Counted from the stretch's first letter, positions 10,501 through 19,783 are shown. The stretch is DNA of 64,000 nt from Candidatus Micrarchaeota archaeon (GCA_964579265.1 CAZOFO010000003.1:1-64000), one strand, 5' to 3'. Translations and numbers: made by a program. Notes: a model not told the origin generated them from the sequence alone.

Positions 10501-10994
10501 CCTATTCCTAGTTTTTTTCGGGCGTAGTCCGTGAATATCACTGATTTTGCAGCTGATGTTCCTCCTGCTGCTCTTATTGGTCCGGCGTATTTCACTGCTA
10601 TGTATTCTGAACCGTCTTTGTTCTGTTTTGTTTCGAATCCACTTATTCCTTCTGTTCCTGCTATTGTGATTCCTTCTGTTTCTATCGTTAATGCGGTTCT
10701 TACAGCCTGCTCTACTTTTTCTGTTTTTGAATCGTATTCTCCGTATTTTCCTTCTACTATGTCTTCTATTATTTGAAATTCTATTTCTTCTCTTGATCTG
10801 TCTTTTTTCTGTAATTCTCTTATTCTTTCTGCTATGTCTTCAGGTCCGACTATTCCTTCGACTCTTGCAGCCATGTCCTTTGCTTGAGGTATTTCTACTT
10901 CGTTTTTTGGATCTAGATTTTTTTCTCTGGCTTTGTTAGCTATTTTATAGGCTTTGTCAGTTTCTTCTTGTATTTTTTTGTAGTATCTCTCCAT
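7542..10994 (-). CDS. polC: DNA polymerase D large subunit DP2 (no intein)
   Basis: YAGPIRAAGGT, GGFRLRYG, catalytic RRNCDGDED, Zn fingers, C-terminal PIP-like QQSLADF. Confidence 0.98.
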   Translation of the reverse strand: MERYYKKIQEETDKAYKIANKAREKNLDPKNEVEIPQAKDMAARVEGIVGPEDIAERIRELQKKDRSREEIEFQIIEDIVEGKYGEYDSKTEKVEQAVRTALTIETEGITIAGTEGISGFETKQNKDGSEYIAVKYAGPIRAAGGTSAAKSVIFTDYARKKLGIGEYKSTKKQIERYAEEVETYHQEATNLQYHPEEEEVKEIAENCPVCVDGGPTENIEVKANKNVEGVDTNRLRGGMCLVMAEGIAQKKKKVLKTTQEHDLEWEWLESIIEVKKKDTEGKEKTKEKKEITPNKKFMGNVVGGRPVFSYPMREGGFRLRYGKSRSSGIAAQSIHPASFVVLDDFIALGTQIKTERPGKAASITPCDEIEPPIVKLRNGDVQKVNSVKEAKKIKHEIEEILFLGDILATFGDFLDNNHMLVPSGICEEWWKKILEKKKEEKEEIDLDVEKEIERPEKTDPKKALEISKKYQVPMHPKYTYHYGDLNLEETMELWKWLEKHGDYGEYKSLKGEKVLYLTVNNLDKKRLLEKICIPHKKEENTIKIKHGEILAETLGLNKEKDINKLTRESENTLELINKLSSFPVYEKAPVYVGTRMGRPEKSKPREMSPAPHGLIPVSEAGGKERLVNKAADQKTVKIEKALLFCPECKEELFRYQCPECEETAELMRKCRKCGRLQKEEKCESCGGDTTTYHEKTVNMRKEYKRAKEMIKRAGEKENRTIKSTSNEQISIPEKIKGVKGTNNQHHLFEPIEKALIRAKHGISVFMDGTIRYDALDLPITHFKPKEIGVSVEKLKELGYKRDYKNNKLKKEDQILELKPNDILIPQNSIKYMMNVANFIDETLEKYYGMEPYYEIEKKEDLIGKLAIGLAPHTSAGVIARIIGFNRAKAGYAHPYFHCAKRRNCDGDEDSFMLLMDALLNFSREYLPDRPGGSEDAPLVLSTCIDPSEIDDEVHAMETVNEFPLEFYEATQEMKNPREVDIDIVEDKLGTDQEFEGQGFTHDTENFDVGPRRSQYTKMKAMEEKVEKQMELGKRIRAVDEKDMAKKLINLHFMKDIYGNLRAFGQQTFRCVDCNKKFRRAPLIGKCTDCGGKILLTVHQKGIEKYLSISKRIADKYDASDYIKQRLELVKQDLEQIFETKKSKQQSLADF

Positions 10995-11000
10995 TTTTTG

Positions 11001-12503
11001 CTATCCTCCTTTGTTTTTTACGCCTTCTTTGTTCAGTCCTTTATCGAATCTTAGAACGTTTATTTTTCCTTTTTTTGTTTCTATTACGGGTAGTTTTCCT
11101 GGGGTTGGTTTATGGCCTATTTTTCTTTGGAAGGGTGTCATTTCTTGCCAGGTGCCTGAGTTGACGCATATTGTTCCTCTGTATTTGTCGTATCCGTTTT
11201 TGTGAACGTGTCCTGTGTGGTATATGTCGGGAACTTCTTCTATTACCAGGTGGTCTTCTCTTTCCGGTGTTATTGGTTTTTCACCGTATATTGGATGTAG
11301 GTGCCTTGATTTGAGTGTTTTTTTCATCACTCCTTTTATGTTTTCGTAGCTAGCTGATTTTATCTGTGGTATTATGTCATCGAATGATGTGCCGTGGTAC
11401 ATTAGGTATTTTAATCCGTTTAATTTTAACATTGCGGGGCTTCCTACCATTATGACGTTTGGAAGTTCATCTAGTTCTTCTATTATTTCTGGAGCTATCC
11501 TTGGCTGTGGGTCCGCTTTGTTTACTGCGTCGTGGTTTCCAGGTCCTATTATCACGTGGATGTGGCTTGGTATCTCTTCTATGTATTTTTTAAATTGTTT
11601 GTACTGTTCATGAATGTCCGCTAGTTCCAGTTCGTTTTCCTGTTCTGGGTATATCCCTACTCCGTCTACTAGGTCTCCTGCCATTGTGACGTATTTTACT
11701 TTTTCTGCAAGTTTTCTCTGTCTTTTGTTCCCTTTATCTCCTTTTAACCAGTCTATGAAAGACTTAAAATTTTCTTTGAGGAAGTAATTGCTTCCAACGT
11801 GTATATCTGAGGTGGTTACGATGGCTATGTCTTCTTCTGTTGTTCTTTGTTCCTTTACAGGTATGTCAGGGTAGTGTATATTTTCTATTATGAATAGGTT
11901 GTTGTTTCCCATGTGTCCCTCGAGGGCTACTACTTCGTCGTTCACTAAGTCTTCGGTTTGTTTTATGGTTTCTTTCTTGTTATTTGGTACTAAGGCTTTC
12001 ATCAGTCCTGTTGGATCCTCTATTTTCATAAATATGTGTCCATTTTTAGTTGTCTTCTTTTCAGTGACCAAACCGATTACTTTCATTTTATTCTCTTTCT
12101 GTTTGGCCTGTTCTATGTCTACTGCGGAGTTTTCTCCTCGACTTCTAAGTATTCTATGTATTTTTTCGTGTCTGTTACAGAAGTTCGCCACGAAGTCTTC
12201 TACTTCTCCTTTTGATGTTGATTCTTTTGATAGGTCTTTATTGATTATCTCTATGTCTGCATCGTGCTGTTTTGCTTCTATATGTTCAAGAGATCCTTTT
12301 GTCTTTACTTCTTTTTTCTCTGTTTCTTCTTTTCTCTCCAGGTCTTCTGGCTCTATTATTGCTTTTGATTCTGATGTTGATTCTTCTATTTTTTCCACTA
12401 TCTTCAATGGTTCTTCTTTTTCTTTTAATTCTTCTATAGTCTCTGCTGAAACCAAGTAACCTTTCTCTTTAATCCTTTTAACAGCTTTTTGAACCTTTTC
12501 CAT
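11001..12503 (-). CDS. polB: DNA polymerase D small (exonuclease) subunit DP1
   Basis: OB fold; calcineurin-like SDIHVGS, GDLVDG, PGNHD, YHG, GHVH; adjacent to DP2. Confidence 0.97.
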   Translation of the reverse strand: MEKVQKAVKRIKEKGYLVSAETIEELKEKEEPLKIVEKIEESTSESKAIIEPEDLERKEETEKKEVKTKGSLEHIEAKQHDADIEIINKDLSKESTSKGEVEDFVANFCNRHEKIHRILRSRGENSAVDIEQAKQKENKMKVIGLVTEKKTTKNGHIFMKIEDPTGLMKALVPNNKKETIKQTEDLVNDEVVALEGHMGNNNLFIIENIHYPDIPVKEQRTTEEDIAIVTTSDIHVGSNYFLKENFKSFIDWLKGDKGNKRQRKLAEKVKYVTMAGDLVDGVGIYPEQENELELADIHEQYKQFKKYIEEIPSHIHVIIGPGNHDAVNKADPQPRIAPEIIEELDELPNVIMVGSPAMLKLNGLKYLMYHGTSFDDIIPQIKSASYENIKGVMKKTLKSRHLHPIYGEKPITPEREDHLVIEEVPDIYHTGHVHKNGYDKYRGTICVNSGTWQEMTPFQRKIGHKPTPGKLPVIETKKGKINVLRFDKGLNKEGVKNKGG

Positions 12504-12730
12504 TCATTTATCCTCTTTATATCTTTTTAATCTTTTATTTAGTTTTTATTTATAAAAAAATGCTCTTCGATTGTTTTTATCTCAGATGAATATCTTTCTC
12601 TTCCCTAGTTTAATTGTTGTTTCGGTGGAATAAAATGTTGTTTTATCCTTGACTAAACCTTTTTATTGCTCTTTCCAGTATTATATACAGTGATAAAAAG
12701 TAAAGCAAAAACTAGGAAAAACTGTTTAAA

Positions 12731-13156
12731 ATGTCTGAACTTAAATTCGAAAAGATAGATCCAGATAAAATATCTGAAGAAAAGAAGAAAAAACTTGAAA
12801 GAACCATAGGAGTAACTAGTGGTAAAGTAAAAGAGAACGAAGTAAGATTAATAGCTAAAAACAAAGAAGGAAAACCAGTAGGATATGTAGATATGGTTCC
12901 AGAGAAATCTAAAAAAAGAATGAGGGTTGACAATATCTTCGTGAATCAAGAAAAAAGAGGAGAAGGAATAGGTTCCCAAATGGCAAAGAAGATCGATGAA
13001 GTAGCAAAAGAACTAGGTGTGGAAAGGATATATGGTGTTTCTAAGGAAAAAGAATCTGTAAAAAACTTCTGGAAGAAAAAAGGAAATTATAAGATAGAAG
13101 AATCCGGGAGAATAGAGAAAAAAATCAATAAAAAGAGAAGTAACAGAAAGAGATAA
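12731..13156 (+). CDS. GNAT family N-acetyltransferase
   Basis: IFVNQEKRGEGIGS acetyl-CoA motif; NFWKKKG. Confidence 0.85.
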   Translation: MSELKFEKIDPDKISEEKKKKLERTIGVTSGKVKENEVRLIAKNKEGKPVGYVDMVPEKSKKRMRVDNIFVNQEKRGEGIGSQMAKKIDEVAKELGVERIYGVSKEKESVKNFWKKKGNYKIEESGRIEKKINKKRSNRKR

Positions 13157-13174
13157 AAAATAAAGCTGATCAAA

Positions 13175-13756
13175 ATGATTATTGAAGAAAAAGGAAAAGA
13201 ACTGATAAAGATAGCTAGAGAGAATATGGAAAAATTCATTAAAAAAGAAGAAACAATAACTCAAAAAGAAGCTCTAGACTGCGTTGAAAAGGATATAGAG
13301 GAGGAATTAAAGAAACAAAAAGGAGTATTCGTAACTATAAAAACAGAATCAGGGAGACTTAGAGGATGTATAGGAAAACCTTATCCCGAACAAACTCTTC
13401 TAGAAGGCATTATAGATGCCTCTGCTTCAGCTACTAAAGACCCTAGATTCATCCCTGTTTCTGAAGATGAATTAAACAATTTGAAACTGGAATTAACTGT
13501 ATTGGATAAACCGGAAAAAATAAACCCTAGCAATCTCGAAGAAGCTGAAGAAAGAATAAAAATAGGTAAACATGGATTAATAATTCGCTATAAAAACCAT
13601 CAAGGTCTTCTACTCCCTCAAGTACCTGTAAAGAACAAGTGGAAATTAAAAGAATTCCTGGAAAATACCTGTATGAAAGCAAGACTCTCTAGAGATTCTT
13701 GGAAGAACTCCGAAGTGGAAGTGTTGAGATTTAATGGAGAAGTATTCGAAGAATAA
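13175..13756 (+). CDS. AMMECR1-domain protein
   Basis: GVFVT, LRGCIG, DPRF, GLLLPQV, TCMKA. Confidence 0.93.
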   Translation: MIIEEKGKELIKIARENMEKFIKKEETITQKEALDCVEKDIEEELKKQKGVFVTIKTESGRLRGCIGKPYPEQTLLEGIIDASASATKDPRFIPVSEDELNNLKLELTVLDKPEKINPSNLEEAEERIKIGKHGLIIRYKNHQGLLLPQVPVKNKWKLKEFLENTCMKARLSRDSWKNSEVEVLRFNGEVFEE

Positions 13757-13776
13757 ATGAATTATATGCTTTATTT

Positions 13777-14412
13777 TTAGACAAAACCCATTGCTAGAAA
13801 TCCTGTTATCAATCCAAGTATAATCGTTGCTATCAACCAGCAGAACATTCCTTTAACCGTGCTAACCTCGTTAGCCACTGCTATACCTGTTCCCTTTATC
13901 CAAAGTTCCCAGATAAAGAATAGCAATCCTATAACAACTATAGCTAAAATTCCTGTTAATCCAGACCCGGCTACCAATAAGATCACTATAAATAGTATTA
14001 AGGTTGTGATTAGATCTAAAATCGTGCTATATCCCAGCAAACCTATATTTTTATCTATATCAAACTCTTTTTTATCCCATGCTGAAGCTATCCATCCTGC
14101 TATGACCACGCTTACAAAGAATATCAACACTCCTGAGATGATGGCGAGAGCTATATTACCAGCTTGAAAAACCATGTTTTCTTCCATTCCTGTTTCCTGT
14201 AGTATTTCTTCAGGGAGTTCTCCTCTTTCCGCAGCATCCTCCATCATATCCTGGATGTCTCCTGTGGAGCCGAAGGAGATAAGGGTTCCCATCGAAATCA
14301 GGACTATTGCCAATAGAACTCCGTGGATAGGTTTGACTTCTGGCCTTATTTCTTCGAAGGCCGATCTAGGTTTGTAAAGAACTCTATGAAGCTGGTCTAT
14401 TCTGAATGACAT
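13777..14412 (-). CDS. Yip1-domain membrane protein
   Basis: N-terminal VLYKPRSAFEEI and five TM segments. Confidence 0.75.
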   Translation of the reverse strand: MSFRIDQLHRVLYKPRSAFEEIRPEVKPIHGVLLAIVLISMGTLISFGSTGDIQDMMEDAAERGELPEEILQETGMEENMVFQAGNIALAIISGVLIFFVSVVIAGWIASAWDKKEFDIDKNIGLLGYSTILDLITTLILFIVILLVAGSGLTGILAIVVIGLLFFIWELWIKGTGIAVANEVSTVKGMFCWLIATIILGLITGFLAMGFV

Positions 14413-14445
14413 TTTTTCCTCATTTAATTATGTCTTTTTTTACTT

Positions 14446-15447
14446 TTATAGTTTTTCTAAAGGTTCTAGATACTCTGGATTTTCTTCAAAGTGTTTTCTT
14501 ATTGGTTTCAGCATTTCAACAACTGCTTTTCCAGTTGCTTTTTTCAGGTCGGCTGGATGAAGATTTTCTGATTCGAAATCTTCTTTTATATTTTCTATTT
14601 CTTTATAGGTGACGTTCCCTCCGTATTTTTCAGGTCTCTCTATCTTCAGTTCTCCCTGCATTGGCATTACTGCTATTTTAAGTATTTCTATTATTGGGTT
14701 TCCTTCCGTTTCTCCTTGTGGACAGTAGGCTTGGTTTATCCTGTCCTTAATCGTTTCAGGATCCGCATGTAGAGGGAAGGTTGTTTTTGGTTTGCTTGAA
14801 CTCATCTTCGTTTCAGGACCTTGGAGAGAGATTAGCATCGGGTTATGTATTGAAGTTGGTGATTCGTACCCTATATCAGGTAAGTGGTCTCTTGCAAGCA
14901 TGTGTACTTTTCTTTGATCTATACCTCCGTGTGCAAGATCTGCTCCTAGGTGAGGTATGTCAAGCGCTTGCATAAGCGGGTATATGAGTTGTGATATTTC
15001 TTTAGTTTCTCCTCCTCTTGATATCTGTCTCATGCTTCTTTCTCCTCTATTTATAGTTACTCTTGTGGAGAGCTCCAGTAGTTCTTTCACGTATTTGTCT
15101 TTTGTCTGGTAGCTGGATCCGAGTATATATTCTACTTCTGTTAGTCCAAATGCTTTGAATGTTTCTTCCCAGTATTTAGCCATTTTTTCTATCCATTCTT
15201 TATCTCCTTTAAGGTTTAGATGAGTATGGATATCGGCGAGAAGCATTTTTATATCTATTCCTGCTTTTTGATAGTCTCTTAGTTTTACTAAAGTAGTCAT
15301 TGTCCCGAGGTGTACTGGGCCACTTATCTCGTATCCGCAGTATACGGTAGGGTTTTCTTTTTCTCTAAGAATTTTCTCTAGTTCTTCCTCAGTCACTACT
15401 TCTTCTGTTCCTCTTTTGATCAGCTCTATCTTTTCTTCTAAATCCAT
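14446..15447 (-). CDS. tyrS: Tyrosine--tRNA ligase (archaeal type)
   Basis: YCGYEISGPVHLG, YPLMQALD, GGIDQRK, KMSSS. Confidence 0.97.
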   Translation of the reverse strand: MDLEEKIELIKRGTEEVVTEEELEKILREKENPTVYCGYEISGPVHLGTMTTLVKLRDYQKAGIDIKMLLADIHTHLNLKGDKEWIEKMAKYWEETFKAFGLTEVEYILGSSYQTKDKYVKELLELSTRVTINRGERSMRQISRGGETKEISQLIYPLMQALDIPHLGADLAHGGIDQRKVHMLARDHLPDIGYESPTSIHNPMLISLQGPETKMSSSKPKTTFPLHADPETIKDRINQAYCPQGETEGNPIIEILKIAVMPMQGELKIERPEKYGGNVTYKEIENIKEDFESENLHPADLKKATGKAVVEMLKPIRKHFEENPEYLEPLEKL

Positions 15448-15472
15448 TTTTATCCTTTTTTAATGATTAAAA

Positions 15473-15588
15473 TCCCGTGGGCAGGATTCGAACCTGCGGT
15501 CTGTCGCTTTCCTGCGGCCGCGCCAAAGCTATGAATAGCTTTGGTTAACGTACTACAGGCGACCGCATTGCCCCTATGCTACCACGGG
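15473..15588 (-). tRNA. tRNA-Tyr(GTA) with 44-nt intron at 37/38 (15509-15552)
   Basis: Acceptor CCCGTGG/CCACGGG-A (C1:G72), anticodon stem GTCGC/GCGAC, T arm GCAGG-TTCGAAT-CCTGC; intron hairpin CCAAAGCTA/TAGCTTTGG. Confidence 0.95.
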
Positions 15589-15615
15589 TTTCTGTTATAC
15601 TGCTTTTAAATCCAT

Positions 15616-15933
15616 TTACTTCACGTTTTCTTTGATTTCTTCTAGTTTCGAAGTTATGTTCATTATATCCGTGCGTGTATGGAAAGGTATATTTATGTCT
15701 TCCGATGCTTCGTTCATCAGGTAGATTGCTCTGGTAAGATCCAGGTTCTGTGAACATTCTTCCTCTTCTTTTTCTTCCTCTTCCTGACATTCTTCTTTCT
15801 TTTCCTTTTCTTCTTCTATCATCTTCTTTGCTTTTTCTAACTTTTCCCTCACGTTTCTCGGGACATCTCGGTCGTCCATTACGTCTTCTATTTCTTTTGT
15901 GACTTCTTCTATCATTCCTTTTACTTCTTCCAT
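15616..15933 (-). CDS. UPF0147 family protein with acidic insertion
   Basis: DRDVPRNVR ... DINIPFHTRT ... LE. Confidence 0.85.
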   Translation of the reverse strand: MEEVKGMIEEVTKEIEDVMDDRDVPRNVREKLEKAKKMIEEEKEKKEECQEEEEKEEEECSQNLDLTRAIYLMNEASEDINIPFHTRTDIMNITSKLEEIKENVK

Positions 15934-16114
15934 TTAACCACCTTTTTGAAACCTCTCTTGTTTTGAGGGTATTAATATTATCTACTCTTTTCTTTCCAGT
16001 TTTGAAGTTCATATGTTTGTTCAGTTTGTTCTGTTTTAGATCGGTTCGCTTTTTCCGTTCTTTGTATTTTTTACTCGGATAACTATTTAATATTTGTGTG
16101 ATAACAATTTCAAT

Positions 16115-17170
16115 ATGTCTATTAGAGAGGTCTTGCTAAGAGGGTTCACTGCCGGATCGATAGAGGGGATTTTCACAATCTCGAATGCTGTAAGTCTTTT
16201 ATTCCTGGCTTTGGCAGGTATATTGGCCCTTTATATATCTCCTAAAGTACCTTATTGGCTCAACAAACCTATAAGAAAGGTTTTACGTATTGATTTCTCC
16301 AAAGAATCTAAAAAACAGTTTTCAAATATACTAAGATGGACTATTTATGTTTTACTTCTTTTTTCTGCATTTTATATCCTTGGATTTAAGTTAATACATA
16401 CTAACCCGGTCTTCAGGATGTTATTAATTTTTTATGCTATTAAGGTCACGATAGCAGTTCTTAAACCTTCTATAAAGAATTTAGATAAAAGAATAGAAGG
16501 TGCAGATGTTTCTGAAGGATCGGTGTTAATGAGGCTAATGATTTCAGTAGTTTATTTATTTGGTTTTCTTGCTATATTATCTGTATTGGGCGTCAGAGGT
16601 GTTTTAATGACTTCTCTAGCAGGTGCAGGTATCATAGGTATAGTTATTGGTTTTGGAGCTCAGGATCTAGTTTCGAATATGCTCTCAGGGATATTCATAG
16701 CTCTGGACACACCGTTTAAAACCGGTGATATAATAGAATTTAACGGTTTCATAGGTAGTGTAAAAGAAATGGGATTGAGAACAACTTCAATAAATACTTT
16801 TGATAATAAAGTAGTTACTGTTCCTAATAAAGAACTCGTAAATAACCCTGTTACTAATTATACTGCTAACGAAACAATAAGGATCTCAGTTGAAATAGGT
16901 GTAAGCTACGATTCAGATATTGAAAAAGCATCAAATACTCTTAAGAATGCATTAAAATCTATAAAACCAATCTCGGATGATAAAGAACCAGAAGTAATCG
17001 TGAAAGGGTTCGGAGGATCTTCTATAGATCTAGAGGGAAGAGCATGGATAAATCAATCGGAAATAAACTGGATAAAAGCCAAATCGGATATCAGGGAAAA
17101 GATAGTAGAGGAATTCAGAAAAGAAGATGTTGAAATACCTTTCCCAACCAGGGTAATAATCGAAAAGTAA
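16115..17170 (+). CDS. mscS: Small-conductance mechanosensitive channel MscS
   Basis: GAGIIGIVIGFGAQDLVSN, PFKTGD, GLRTT, VPN, EIPFP. Confidence 0.93.
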   Translation: MSIREVLLRGFTAGSIEGIFTISNAVSLLFLALAGILALYISPKVPYWLNKPIRKVLRIDFSKESKKQFSNILRWTIYVLLLFSAFYILGFKLIHTNPVFRMLLIFYAIKVTIAVLKPSIKNLDKRIEGADVSEGSVLMRLMISVVYLFGFLAILSVLGVRGVLMTSLAGAGIIGIVIGFGAQDLVSNMLSGIFIALDTPFKTGDIIEFNGFIGSVKEMGLRTTSINTFDNKVVTVPNKELVNNPVTNYTANETIRISVEIGVSYDSDIEKASNTLKNALKSIKPISDDKEPEVIVKGFGGSSIDLEGRAWINQSEINWIKAKSDIREKIVEEFRKEDVEIPFPTRVIIEK

Positions 17171-17269
17171 AAAAAGAAGCTGAAGTAATCTATCCTCCCT
17201 ATCTCAAAACACGAACCACCGTGAAACTAATAAATAAAATAAAATACAAAATTAATACAGGAGATCTCT

Positions 17270-18019
17270 ATGAAATCCTCAACCAAAAATATAGTTTACA
17301 TAACATTTGGAATACTACTGATCACAATAGCTTCTTCCTTTGCCTTTGCAGCACCCACTTCTTCTCAATGTGATGCCTACATTGAAGATGCAAAAGAAGA
17401 AGCCACTCAACCATATCCTGATTATCTTTCTTCAGGAGAAAAATACTTCAGCGCTGCTAGATGTTACGAAAGAGTAGGAGAAGAATCAAAAGCAGAAGAA
17501 GCCTACGAAAAATCAGCAGAACAACTAAGTAAAGTTGCAGAAGTACTAGGAAACCATAGATTAGCAGCGGAAAGCCATGAAAAAGCAGCAATTTCTTATG
17601 AAGCAATAGGAAGAACATCAGAGGCTCTAGAGAATTATGAGAAAGCAATGTTGAGGTATCAATCGGCAGGAAATTCTGTAAAAGCACAGGAAATGGGAGA
17701 AAAAATTGAAGAGATGAAAGAAGAATCTACTCCTATACAGGAAATAAGAGGTAATGCCAGGAGCATCATAGGATTAATCTCCCTAACAGTACTTTTCCTC
17801 TCAATCTTGGTTCTAATATTGATAGGGATCGCAAACTTCGCTAATTTTGGAAAAGAAGCAGTAGGAGAAGAAAAGCCAGATGATGAAACACCAGGGTTAG
17901 CAAATATAGAATCAAAGGAAAAAGAAAAAGAAGAGGAAGAAAATCTTGAAAGAACAAAAAAGAAGAAATCACCAAGACAAAGAGCAATAGAGAAACTCAG
18001 AGAAAAGTACAAACCCTGA
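17270..18019 (+). CDS. Membrane-anchored protein with signal peptide and TPR/SNAP-like helical repeats
   Basis: Signal peptide ending AFA; repeats like Y..AA.CYE..G / HEKAA.SYE..G; TM helix; charged tail. Confidence 0.7.
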   Translation: MKSSTKNIVYITFGILLITIASSFAFAAPTSSQCDAYIEDAKEEATQPYPDYLSSGEKYFSAARCYERVGEESKAEEAYEKSAEQLSKVAEVLGNHRLAAESHEKAAISYEAIGRTSEALENYEKAMLRYQSAGNSVKAQEMGEKIEEMKEESTPIQEIRGNARSIIGLISLTVLFLSILVLILIGIANFANFGKEAVGEEKPDDETPGLANIESKEKEKEEEENLERTKKKKSPRQRAIEKLREKYKP

Positions 18020-18064
18020 ATTATCTAAAATTCTATAAATAACAAAAAGACAGGAGAAACCACC

Positions 18065-19783
18065 ATGTCAAATTTTGAAATAAAAAGAAAAGACCTAGCA
18101 GGCAGAATCGGTAAATTAAAAACCAAACACGGAGAAATAGAAACACCAACTATTCTGCCAGTGGTAAACCCAAATAAAATAACTCTAAATTCTCAAGAAC
18201 TAAAAGAAACAGGATCAAAAGCAATAATCACAAATGCCTATATTCTAAAGAAAGATCACCTACACGAAGTAATTACACAAGGGATACATAACTTCCTGGA
18301 TTTCCACGGACCCATAATGACGGATTCCGGAGCCTATCAACTAATGAGATACGGAAACCTTGAAATAAACAACAGAGAAATACTGGAATTTCAAGAAAAA
18401 ATAAACACAGATATAGGAGTAATGCTAGACATCCCAACAGAAAGCGAAAAAGAAAAAGAAATACATAAAACAGTGAAAAAAACTATAGAAAGAGCAAAAG
18501 AAAGCGAAGAATACATAAAAAACAAAGAAACACTACACGTAGGTCCACTCCAAGGATGGAAAAAACCCAAAATATTCAGAGAATGCGTAAAAAAACAATC
18601 AAAACTAGAATTCGATCTCCATGCTCTAGGATCAATAGTGCCGACCATGGAGAAATACAGATATTCAAAACTAATGGAACCGCTTAGAATAATAAAAGAA
18701 GAAATACCTGAAAACAGACCAATACATCTCTTTGGAGCAGGACACCCGATGCTGATGCCTTTCCTAGTGGCAATGGGTGCAGATATGTTTGACTCAGCAG
18801 CTTACTCTCTTTACGCTGAAGAAGGAAGATACCTAACATCTACCGGAACCAAGAAACTTGAAGAAATTAATTATTTACCCTGTAATTGCCCGGTATGCAC
18901 AAAGGCAGAGAATAATCCACAAAATCTGGAAAAAGAAAAAACCAAGAAAAAACTAGCAAAACATAATCTACACGTTACCTTCAAAGAAATAAATAAAATA
19001 AAACAATCTATAAAAGAAGGAACACTCTACGAACTACTTGAAACAAAATCAAGATCCCACCCATCACTCAAAAAACTAATGGATGAACTAACAAGCGATA
19101 CAAGAACAATAGAAAAAAGAGACCCAGTATCAAAGAAACACATGTTCGTAGTATCGGAATACAGCAAAAAAAGACCGGACTACAGGAGAGCAATTAAAAA
19201 AGCTAAAAAAATAAAAGAAGAACAAGAGAAAACAATAAATACTCCTGAATTTGGAGAAGTTCCTTTAAGCTTAATGGAACTCTACCCGTATTCACATACA
19301 GGAAGAGAAATAAAAGAAGATAAAAGAAAAAATATAGAAGATTTAAAGAAATTAAAAACGGCTAGTAAATACTGGCTAGGAAAAGATATAGTTCCAAAAG
19401 ACGTCGAAATAAAAAAATCACCAAAAACAGGTAAAATAAGAAAACTAATCAGAAGAGGAGAACTCTACTTAGTGATAAGAGCAAGCGACTACATGTTCCT
19501 ACTACACGAAGCAGCCAAAAAACTACATAGAGAAACTAAATACCCTAAAAGAAGAATAGTAATGAACGAAGAAGCATCTGAATTCGTTGAAAAAGGAAAA
19601 ACAGTATTCAACAAATTCGTTACAGATATCGATCCCGAACTAAGACCCGGTGAACCAGTATTAATGGTAAATGAAGAAGACGAACTCCTTGCTGCAGGAG
19701 AAACTTATCTATCAGCAAAAGAAATAAAAGAAATGGACAGAGGAGAAGCAGCAAAAAACAGATGGAAAGCTAAAAGAGACTAA
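18065..19783 (+). CDS. tgtA: Archaeosine tRNA-guanine(15) transglycosylase
   Basis: ETPTILPVVNP, TDSGAYQ, HLFGAGHP, FDSAAY, Zn site CNCPVC...HN, C-terminal PUA. Confidence 0.96.
   Translation: MSNFEIKRKDLAGRIGKLKTKHGEIETPTILPVVNPNKITLNSQELKETGSKAIITNAYILKKDHLHEVITQGIHNFLDFHGPIMTDSGAYQLMRYGNLEINNREILEFQEKINTDIGVMLDIPTESEKEKEIHKTVKKTIERAKESEEYIKNKETLHVGPLQGWKKPKIFRECVKKQSKLEFDLHALGSIVPTMEKYRYSKLMEPLRIIKEEIPENRPIHLFGAGHPMLMPFLVAMGADMFDSAAYSLYAEEGRYLTSTGTKKLEEINYLPCNCPVCTKAENNPQNLEKEKTKKKLAKHNLHVTFKEINKIKQSIKEGTLYELLETKSRSHPSLKKLMDELTSDTRTIEKRDPVSKKHMFVVSEYSKKRPDYRRAIKKAKKIKEEQEKTINTPEFGEVPLSLMELYPYSHTGREIKEDKRKNIEDLKKLKTASKYWLGKDIVPKDVEIKKSPKTGKIRKLIRRGELYLVIRASDYMFLLHEAAKKLHRETKYPKRRIVMNEEASEFVEKGKTVFNKFVTDIDPELRPGEPVLMVNEEDELLAAGETYLSAKEIKEMDRGEAAKNRWKAKRD

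Noticed and set aside
7542..10994. Possible intein in PolD DP2
   Set aside because: The length (1150 aa) is normal, the YAHPYFHCAKRRNCDGDED region is uninterrupted, and there are no Hint or LAGLIDADG motifs.
13777..14412. Yip1 protein as a eukaryotic-signature trafficking component
   Set aside because: Yip1-domain proteins are widespread in prokaryotes, and no Rab-like GTPase or SNARE gene is nearby.
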